Below are positions 17,650 to 24,000 of a DNA stretch of 24,000 nt, piece by piece. A model generated the notes under the pieces. The model was not told the DNA's origin. It saw nothing but the letters and a program-made list of their open reading frames with translations, and ran no database searches. A program made the position numbers and the translations under genes. Origin of the DNA: Waterburya agarophytonicola KI4 (GTDB taxonomy: Bacteria; Cyanobacteriota; Cyanobacteriia; Cyanobacteriales; Xenococcaceae); the NCBI RefSeq assembly GCF_020640915.1, contig NZ_JADWDC010000003.1, forward strand, positions 109,565 to 133,564, written 5' to 3'. Every line of letters starts with the position of its first letter. Position 1 is the first letter of the stretch.

Positions 17650-19230
17650 TTAGGCAAGGGCATCTACCTTTTCTGGGTTAGTTTGTTGCAATAATTTTTC
17701 TTGTGCCTTAAATTCTGCTAATTGGGCTTCAATTTGATCTTTGACTATCTGACGATATTCCAGGAAGTGTTCGTTGTGGGCGCACATAGTTAGATAATGT
17801 TCCCACACTCCAGGGTTGTGGCGAATGATGCTAAACAGATGATGCCAAAATTGCCAACGAGTATTACGTTTAAATCCCTGTCGCCAGATTACTATAGCTA
17901 AGGCTCTAATATCAACCCAGGTAGGCAGAGATGACATTGCCTCGTGCTTGGGCATACCGAGTTTGAGAAAGCAACGATATACCCGATCTAAATAGGTTTT
18001 GGGTTCGTATAGCGTCCAAAATGCTTCAATATATTCTTGAGCGATATCTTCAATAGGGCGAGTCGGCACAAAGTTCATTAAAGTTGTTTGGTTAATGTCT
18101 TGTTGGGTACTATCCCGCAAACGTTCTTCCCTTTCTAAACGTTCCCATAGTGCAGTCAGAGGTAATGCTTGCAGCATGCCAAACATAGCAGTGGGAATAG
18201 CAGCCTCTTCAACAAAATCAATAATTCTTTGTCCCGCGCCTTTTTTCTCTCCATCAAAACCAATGATAAAGCCAGCCATCGGGCGCAATCCTGCCTGAAT
18301 CATCTTATCTACGGTTTCTGCCAAAGAACTGCGAGTATTTTGGAATTTTTTGGTTAATTGCAAGCTAGATTCATCGGGAGTTTCAATACCCAAGAATACC
18401 GCATTAAAATTACACTGCACCATTAATTCCATTAGTTCTTCGTCGGCTGCCAAATCTACAGAAGCCTCGGTATTAAAGTCAAAGGGATATTGATGTTCTT
18501 CTTGCCAAATTTTCAATTCCTTGAGGAATAGTTTAACGTTGCGCTTATTGCCAATAAAGTTATCATCCACCATAAAGACAGAACGTCGCCAGCCTAACTC
18601 ATAAAGATAGTTTAATTCTCTTAAAAGCTGGGCTGGTTCTTTGGTACGGGGTTTGCGACCGTAGAGAACAATAATATCGCAGAATTCACACTGAAAGGGA
18701 CAACCGCGAGAAAACTGCACTGACATCGAATCATAAGCATCTAATTCTAATAAGTCATAGCGAGGTACGGGAGTTATGGTCACGTCGGGCTTCTCTACAG
18801 CGCGGAAAGTACCGCTCGTTTCTCCTTTAGCTAAAGCTTCGACAAACATGGGTAGGGTGATTTCCCCTTCATCCAAAATTAAGAAATCTGCCCCCGCAGC
18901 TTTAGGTTCGTTGGGTAAAGAGGTAGAATACGGCCCCCCTACCGCCACTAATTTACCCCGTTTTTTAGCCTCTTGAATTTGTTCGAGCAAGTCTTGTTTT
19001 TGGACGATCATTGCCGAAAAGATTGTTAATTCAGCCCATTCCCATTCCGCTTCGGTAACATCTCGAATATTGCGATCGACTAGTTTAAATTCCCACTCTT
19101 GGGGCAAAATAGCAGCCACAGTAAGCATTCCCAAAGGAGGTAGCAATACTTTGCGATCGACCAATTCCAAAATTTTGTCATAAGACCAAAAAGTTTTGGG
19201 AAAAACAGGATAAATTAATAAAGCTCGCAT
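17650..19230 (-). CDS. B12-binding-domain radical SAM protein (DUF4070-type C-terminus), function unknown
   Basis: 526-aa ORF with an ATG start. The N-terminal ALLIYP...LLPPLGMLTVAAIL region looks like a cobalamin-binding Rossmann-like domain. FSRGCPFQCEFCDI is the radical-SAM CxxxCxxC motif, and a long helical C-terminal extension follows. Confidence 0.85.
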   Translation of the reverse strand: MRALLIYPVFPKTFWSYDKILELVDRKVLLPPLGMLTVAAILPQEWEFKLVDRNIRDVTEAEWEWAELTIFSAMIVQKQDLLEQIQEAKKRGKLVAVGGPYSTSLPNEPKAAGADFLILDEGEITLPMFVEALAKGETSGTFRAVEKPDVTITPVPRYDLLELDAYDSMSVQFSRGCPFQCEFCDIIVLYGRKPRTKEPAQLLRELNYLYELGWRRSVFMVDDNFIGNKRNVKLFLKELKIWQEEHQYPFDFNTEASVDLAADEELMELMVQCNFNAVFLGIETPDESSLQLTKKFQNTRSSLAETVDKMIQAGLRPMAGFIIGFDGEKKGAGQRIIDFVEEAAIPTAMFGMLQALPLTALWERLEREERLRDSTQQDINQTTLMNFVPTRPIEDIAQEYIEAFWTLYEPKTYLDRVYRCFLKLGMPKHEAMSSLPTWVDIRALAIVIWRQGFKRNTRWQFWHHLFSIIRHNPGVWEHYLTMCAHNEHFLEYRQIVKDQIEAQLAEFKAQEKLLQQTNPEKVDALA

Positions 19231-19326
19231 AGTATATAAACCCTCGCACTTTGGGTAGCATATTTCATTATGTATGAGGGTAGCGCAATCTTAGCTTTTT
19301 AGTGAAACTAATACTTTAAGAAAGGT

Positions 19327-21441
19327 TTATTCTTCGGACAAACTAAAATTAGGAATGGGCAAAATTCCTTTTTTCTTCATCAATACAATCGAAGAACGAG
19401 GGACGACTTGATAAGTATTAGCATAAATTTTTTCTGCTGCTGTTAACTCAGTAAAATCTTGGGGTGCGGGTAAAGCGGTATCCACAATACGATGCCAATG
19501 ACTGCCCAATTCTAAGGGAGGTAATTGAAATTTTAGGGGTTTCCAATAGGCGTTAAACACAACATATAATTCCTCTTCTACCGCAGGATAGGATAAAGAA
19601 AAAGCGATCGAGTGAGAGTCTTCTTCCCAATCGGGTTTATATAATTTTACTCCGTGCCAAGTAAGATGGGGTTGAGAACTTTTACGACTAACTTTTAAAA
19701 ATTCTTCTTGACCAAAAATTTCTAATCCTTGGATGAAGTGAATCAGTTTCTTGACAAAACGTAGCAGATCTCGATTCTTCTCTACCAAATCCCAATCAAA
19801 CCAGCTTAATTCGTTATCCTGACAATAGGCATTATTATTCCCATTTTGAGTATGTCTAATTTCATCTCCCATCAGTAGCATGGGTGTACCTTGAGAAAAG
19901 AATAAAACAGTCAAAAAGTTTTTAATTTGTTGCGATCGCAATTTTTCTATTTCAGGATTGTTTGTTTCCCCTTCTTCGCCGCAATTCCAGCTAAAGTTAT
20001 GATTGCCACCATCGCGATCGCCTTCTCCATTAGCCAGATTGTGTTTGTCGTTATAGGAAACCAAGTCATTAAGGGTAAAACCATCATGACAAGTAATAAA
20101 ATTAACGCTGCGGTTAATATCAGTATCTAGTCGGGAGTAGATATCGGGACTGGCTAAAATTCTATGTGCCATTGTAGTGGTCATGTTAGGATCGCTTTTA
20201 ACAAACTGGCGCACATCATCTCGAAATGGGCCATTCCATTCAGAAAACCAATCGGCCAATTCGACAAATTGACCCACACCATATAGTCCTGCTGCATCCC
20301 AAGCTTCGGCGATTAATTTTGTTCCTGCCAATACAGGGTCGGATTCGATTATGGAAATAATATCCATCATGCCTGTTTCGGGCTTAATCGGCTCGCCAAA
20401 AGTGTTCCGTGACAAAATGGTCGCTAAATCAAAACGAAAACCATCAACGTGCATCTCGGAAACCCAATAACGCAACGAGTCCAAAATCAAGCGACTTGCT
20501 ACAGGATGATTGCCTTTAAATGTATTACCGCAACCACTATAGTTGCTGTAGTAGGTTTGGTCTTCTTCTAAAATATAATAGGTCTTATTATCCAATCCTC
20601 TAAAAGAAAGAGTAGGCCCTCGTTCGTTACCTTCTGCGGTATGGTTGAAAACTACATCTAAGATTACTTCAATCCCAGCTTTATGTAATGCTTTAACCAT
20701 GTCTCGAAATTCATCTACAGCCCCCAAAAGATCTCGTCTGGAACTATATCCTTTATGGGGTGCAAAAAAGTTAATCGTGCTATAGCCCCAATAATTTTTT
20801 AATCCTGGGCGCACATCTTGAGGATCGAATTGATGAACGGGGAGTAATTCTACCGCCGTGATTCCCAATTCTTGAAGATAAGGAATTTTTTCAATTAGAC
20901 CAGCATAAGTGCCTCTTTTCGCTTCAGCTACCCCAGAATTGGGATTGCGTGTAAAACCGCCAACGTGCATCTCATAAATCACGCTATTGGAATACGGAAT
21001 GCGGGGATGGCGATCGCCTTCCCAATCATATAAACTAGGGTCTAATACCACTCCTTTAAGGGCTGTGGCACAGTTATCACCTATTTTACTGGCAGCAGTG
21101 CGATCGTAGGTTTCCTCCCCCACAATTGCCCGTGCATAAGGATCTAACAATACTTTTGTATTATCGAAACGCTGTCCTGCTTCTGGTGCAAATTCTCCAT
21201 TTGCTCGATAAGCATAGATTTGTCCTGCCTTAAGCCCTGGAATAAAGATATGCCAGTAGTAAAAAGTCTTATTTATTTTAGGATCGAGTCTAATTATTTC
21301 GGTTGGTTGTCTCGAATCAGGGTGATCAAATAATAGCAACCTGATAGCGGTGGCATATTCCGAAAAAACACAAAAATTCACCCCATCGGGATGTACTGTC
21401 GCCCCTAGAGGGAAACTTTCTCCTGGCAATATTTCTAACAT
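19327..21441 (-). CDS. glgX: glycogen debranching enzyme (isoamylase-type, GH13)
   Basis: 704-aa ORF. The N-terminus is PLGATVHPDGVNFCVFSE. GH13 regions are present: LDVVFNHT (I), VDGFRFDLA (II), IAEAWD (III) and FITCHDGFTLND (IV). Confidence 0.9.
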   Translation of the reverse strand: MLEILPGESFPLGATVHPDGVNFCVFSEYATAIRLLLFDHPDSRQPTEIIRLDPKINKTFYYWHIFIPGLKAGQIYAYRANGEFAPEAGQRFDNTKVLLDPYARAIVGEETYDRTAASKIGDNCATALKGVVLDPSLYDWEGDRHPRIPYSNSVIYEMHVGGFTRNPNSGVAEAKRGTYAGLIEKIPYLQELGITAVELLPVHQFDPQDVRPGLKNYWGYSTINFFAPHKGYSSRRDLLGAVDEFRDMVKALHKAGIEVILDVVFNHTAEGNERGPTLSFRGLDNKTYYILEEDQTYYSNYSGCGNTFKGNHPVASRLILDSLRYWVSEMHVDGFRFDLATILSRNTFGEPIKPETGMMDIISIIESDPVLAGTKLIAEAWDAAGLYGVGQFVELADWFSEWNGPFRDDVRQFVKSDPNMTTTMAHRILASPDIYSRLDTDINRSVNFITCHDGFTLNDLVSYNDKHNLANGEGDRDGGNHNFSWNCGEEGETNNPEIEKLRSQQIKNFLTVLFFSQGTPMLLMGDEIRHTQNGNNNAYCQDNELSWFDWDLVEKNRDLLRFVKKLIHFIQGLEIFGQEEFLKVSRKSSQPHLTWHGVKLYKPDWEEDSHSIAFSLSYPAVEEELYVVFNAYWKPLKFQLPPLELGSHWHRIVDTALPAPQDFTELTAAEKIYANTYQVVPRSSIVLMKKKGILPIPNFSLSEE

Positions 21442-21538
21442 TGAATATCTAACACTCTGGAAATTTTCAACTCATAGTCAGTTTAAACCCAATCTCAATT
21501 TTTGTTTGCATTGCTACTTACTTTTAGGTAAAAAACCT

Positions 21539-21563
21539 AACTGGATAACTGGGTGACTGGGTG
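21539..21563. repeat. three tandem 8-nt units AACTGGAT / AACTGGGT / GACTGGGT
   Basis: Read directly from the sequence. It lies in the fabH-glgX spacer, about 100-120 nt upstream of the glgX ATG (21441, minus strand), and is immediately followed by a HIP1 palindrome at 21567-21574. Confidence 0.6.
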
Positions 21564-21584
21564 AAAGCGATCGCTCTTTTTAGC

Positions 21585-22574
21585 TTATTTCCACTTAAAA
21601 ATAGCTGAACCCCAAGTCAAACCAGCACCAAAACCCGATGCAGCAATTGTGTCTCCTGGTTTAACTTTACCTCCTCGCACCGCAGCATCTAAAGCGAGGG
21701 GAATAGAAGCTGCGGAGGTATTTCCATATTCAGCTATATTGCTTAAAATCTTTTCAGCAGGAATCTTGAGACGTTTGGCTACTGCATCCATGATGCGTTG
21801 ATTTGCCTGATGCAATAGTAACCAATCGATATCTTCAGCAGTAAGATTTGCCCGAAACATCGCTTTGCCAATAGCTTCTGGAACTTTTGCCACGGCAAAA
21901 CGATAGACTTCTCTACCGTTCATGCTGACTGGTTGATAATTACCATTTTGCGCCGTAATACCATCTACCAGAGGTTTGGAACAACTTTGGTAATTCAAAT
22001 TAAGAGAGTCGTTTTGACTACCCTTACTATACATCTCAAAACTAAGTAGGCGATCGCTTTCGTGAGTACCTTGACAGACTATCGCCCCCGCACCATCGCC
22101 AAACAAGACACAACTGGCGCGATCTGACCAATCTACCCAACGAGATAAAACATCTGCACCAATAATTAAGACGTTTTTATATACCCCAGTGCGAATAAAT
22201 TGCGAAGCAGTAATCAGAGCAAAAATAAAGCCCGAACAAGCAGCCGTTAGATCGAAAGCTACCGCATTAGTCGCGCCAATTAAACCTTGAACTCGACAAG
22301 CACTACCAAACATATCGTCGGGGGTAGAAGTCGCCAAAATAATCAAGTCTATATCCGTAACAGATATTCCTGCCATAGCGATCGCATTTTGAGCAGCAAC
22401 AGCAGACAATTGACTCAATGATTCGGTGGGGGAGGCGATGTGACGATTTCTCATCCCTGTTCGGGTATTAATCCACTCGTCAGAGGTTTCTACCATCTGT
22501 GCCAGATGATTGTTAGTTAGAACTGTTGCTGGTGCAGCCGAACCACATCCAGTAATCGCGATACCCGCACCCAT
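21585..22574 (-). CDS. fabH: beta-ketoacyl-ACP synthase III
   Basis: The catalytic triad contexts are DLTAACSGF (Cys), LLLHQANQRI (His) and EYGNTSAASIP (Asn). The ORF-track start at 22583 is a TTG, and the first ATG (MGAGIAITGCG) is at 22574. The gene starts about 35-45 nt downstream of the plsX stop, depending on start choice. Confidence 0.9.
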   Translation of the reverse strand: MGAGIAITGCGSAAPATVLTNNHLAQMVETSDEWINTRTGMRNRHIASPTESLSQLSAVAAQNAIAMAGISVTDIDLIILATSTPDDMFGSACRVQGLIGATNAVAFDLTAACSGFIFALITASQFIRTGVYKNVLIIGADVLSRWVDWSDRASCVLFGDGAGAIVCQGTHESDRLLSFEMYSKGSQNDSLNLNYQSCSKPLVDGITAQNGNYQPVSMNGREVYRFAVAKVPEAIGKAMFRANLTAEDIDWLLLHQANQRIMDAVAKRLKIPAEKILSNIAEYGNTSAASIPLALDAAVRGGKVKPGDTIAASGFGAGLTWGSAIFKWK

Positions 22575-22617
22575 GTTGTTCAATGTTTCACTCCGTTACT
22601 CGCACTCTTGTTATTGA

Positions 22618-23682
22618 TTACTTAGAACTTGCTGAAGCTGCTTCAGTATGATTATTTTCCGATTCTAATCTTTGATTGTTGTAGGACTTAATTTTCTCTA
22701 ATACGTCATTATCGATCGCTTCTTTTGCCGAACGAATAGCATTAAACATCGAACCCTGACGAGAGCTACCGTGACTTATAATACAGATTCCTGCTACTCC
22801 AAACAACAATGCGCCTCCATGTTCCGCGCGATCAATACGACGTTTAATATCGCGCAAATTAGGCTTTAATAATACCGTGCCGACTTTACCCCGCCATCCT
22901 TTGGGCAATTCTTCCTTCATAATTTGCAACATCACTTCCCCAATTGCTTCGGCAAATTTAAGCACAATGTTACCTACAAAGCCATCACAGACAATAACAT
23001 CAAACTCTCCAGATAACACATCTCTTCCTTCGGCATTACCCAAGAAAGGAATCTGGCTATTATCGGCTAGCAATTTATGGGTAGCTAGGGCTAATTCGTT
23101 TCCTTTGGAAGATTCTTCCCCAATATTGAGTAAACCTACTTGAGGCTCTTCATTACCCAAAACATATTTACTATAAATAGTCCCCATCAAGGCAAACTGT
23201 TCTAAATACTTAGGCTTACAATCAACATTTGCTCCAACATCCAAGACAATGACTGACTTGTTAGGAATAATAGTGGGTAAAACTGCTCCAATAGCAGGGC
23301 GTTCGATACCTTTGAGACGTCCTAATCTGAGTAGTGCGGATGCCATTGCTGCGCCAGAATGCCCCGCAGAAACTACCGCATCGGCTTTTTTGCCCTTAAC
23401 CAGATCCATTGCCACATTAATCGAGGCTTTAGGCTTACGACGAATCCCTGTTAAGGGTTCTTCTTTCATCGTAATGACATCTTCGGCATGAATAACTTCA
23501 ACTGATGCTGTTTCCTTGCTATTGTACTTCTCAACAAGAGAGTCTATTTGTTGTTTATCTCCCACCAGTAAGACATCTAAATCTAATTCTGCCGAAGCCT
23601 TGATTGCCCCTGCAACAATTTCCTCTGGGGCGAAGTCTCCCCCCATAGCGTCTACTGCGATTCTTGCGCGCGTTAATCCCAT
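22618..23682 (-). CDS. plsX: phosphate acyltransferase (acyl-ACP:phosphate transacylase)
   Basis: 354-aa ORF with an ATG start. It has the RIAVDAMGGDFAPEEIV N-terminus and the SAGHSGA and DGFVGNIVLK motifs typical of PlsX. It sits upstream of fabH in the conserved plsX-fabH arrangement. Confidence 0.9.
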   Translation of the reverse strand: MGLTRARIAVDAMGGDFAPEEIVAGAIKASAELDLDVLLVGDKQQIDSLVEKYNSKETASVEVIHAEDVITMKEEPLTGIRRKPKASINVAMDLVKGKKADAVVSAGHSGAAMASALLRLGRLKGIERPAIGAVLPTIIPNKSVIVLDVGANVDCKPKYLEQFALMGTIYSKYVLGNEEPQVGLLNIGEESSKGNELALATHKLLADNSQIPFLGNAEGRDVLSGEFDVIVCDGFVGNIVLKFAEAIGEVMLQIMKEELPKGWRGKVGTVLLKPNLRDIKRRIDRAEHGGALLFGVAGICIISHGSSRQGSMFNAIRSAKEAIDNDVLEKIKSYNNQRLESENNHTEAASASSK

Positions 23683-23884
23683 TTAGCAAATTTTATAGAA
23701 GCCTTACAAATTTTAACAGTCTAAGGTTAAATCTCCCTACTATCTACGAGAAATAGCTAGAGAAGTTTACCTGTCTTCACACATCTAAAACAGAAGAGTT
23801 ATAAAGGATCTTGACCGTAGTTAAGATTATTTTAACTTTTTAACTATAAGTTCTCCTTATTATGGGCAGATTGGAGAGATCTGG

Positions 23885-24000
23885 ATGGTAGATTTAATTG
23901 CTTTGAGCCTGTTTGCTTGGTTGAATATCTGGGGACAACCTCAGAATGAGTTGAAACCTTTGGAATTTTTCCCTTGGCACAAGACGGCTATTTTTATGAT
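23885..24000 (+). CDS. possible 5' end of an unidentified CDS running off the right edge
   Basis: The ATG at 23885 opens a frame (MVDLIALSLFAWLNIWGQPQNELKPLEFFPWHKTAIFM...) that stays open to the window end. It is divergent from plsX. It is too short to classify. Confidence 0.3.
   Translation, partial: MVDLIALSLFAWLNIWGQPQNELKPLEFFPWHKTAIFM

Noticed and set aside
14267-19230. Three radical SAM genes (ArsS-like, miaB, B12-binding type) within 5 kb as a possible common pathway
   Set aside because: They belong to different subfamilies, lie on different strands in separate transcription units with terminators between them, and miaB has a well-defined unrelated tRNA function. This is most likely coincidence.
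17251-19230. B12 radical SAM plus the 111-aa ORF as a RiPP maturase/precursor pair
   Set aside because: The genes are convergent and separated by a terminator. The small protein lacks a Cys/Gly-rich core or a leader-like motif. No peptidase or transporter genes are nearby.
2970-23491. Remaining short track ORFs: 2970-3176(-), 9338-9550(-), 10003-10212(+), 12690-12941(-), 12781-12987(+), 13492-13746(-), 14107-14292(+), 15887-16114(-), 18095-18298(+), 18169-18357(+), 18776-18976(+), 19927-20130(+), 21350-21556(+), 22877-23143(+), 23249-23491(+)
   Set aside because: Each is nested in or largely overlaps a longer ORF with clear family motifs, on the opposite strand or in another frame. None shows a recognisable domain.
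1-24000. Search for CRISPR arrays, tRNA/rRNA genes, transposase or integrase remnants and long terminal inverted repeats
   Set aside because: No regularly spaced direct repeats were found. No GGTTCGAATCC-type T-arm occurs with matching stems; the two TTCG-containing sites near 5013 and 5066 lack complementary arms. No ORF has recombinase or transposase motifs.

Overview
This is a cyanobacterial chromosomal segment: I counted 30 perfect copies of the HIP1 octamer GCGATCGC by manual scan, and GC is roughly 40% from hand-counted lines. It holds seventeen full-length CDSs plus two edge fragments, and most can be assigned from motifs visible in the translations. In order they are purU (3' part), rsmA/ksgA, a GT39/ArnT-like glycosyltransferase, an LptF/LptG-family permease, a 1056-aa SNF2 helicase, a VanZ-family protein, a DUF4126-like membrane protein, an AT-rich acyltransferase-3 membrane protein, an SGNH esterase with a triple C-terminal repeat, a GH57 alpha-glucan enzyme, a TVP38/DedA-like protein, an ArsS-type radical SAM, miaB, a 111-aa Ser-rich orphan, a B12-binding radical SAM, glgX, fabH and plsX. 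I saw no rRNA, tRNA, CRISPR array, transposase, integrase, toxin-antitoxin or canonical defence module. The window is mostly housekeeping, and nothing here amounts to strong evidence for a new system. The candidates worth follow-up are: (1) a low-GC acyltransferase-3 gene paired with a CE3-like esterase; (2) a tightly spaced ArsS to TVP38 gene pair with no arsM nearby; (3) an SNF2 helicase whose stop overlaps the start of a VanZ membrane-protein gene; (4) a glgX to B12-radical-SAM tandem; (5) an orphan plus-strand terminator hairpin between two minus-strand genes, a possible sRNA; (6) a triple tandem octamer upstream of glgX. All family calls come from motif recognition by eye and need HMM or BLAST confirmation.
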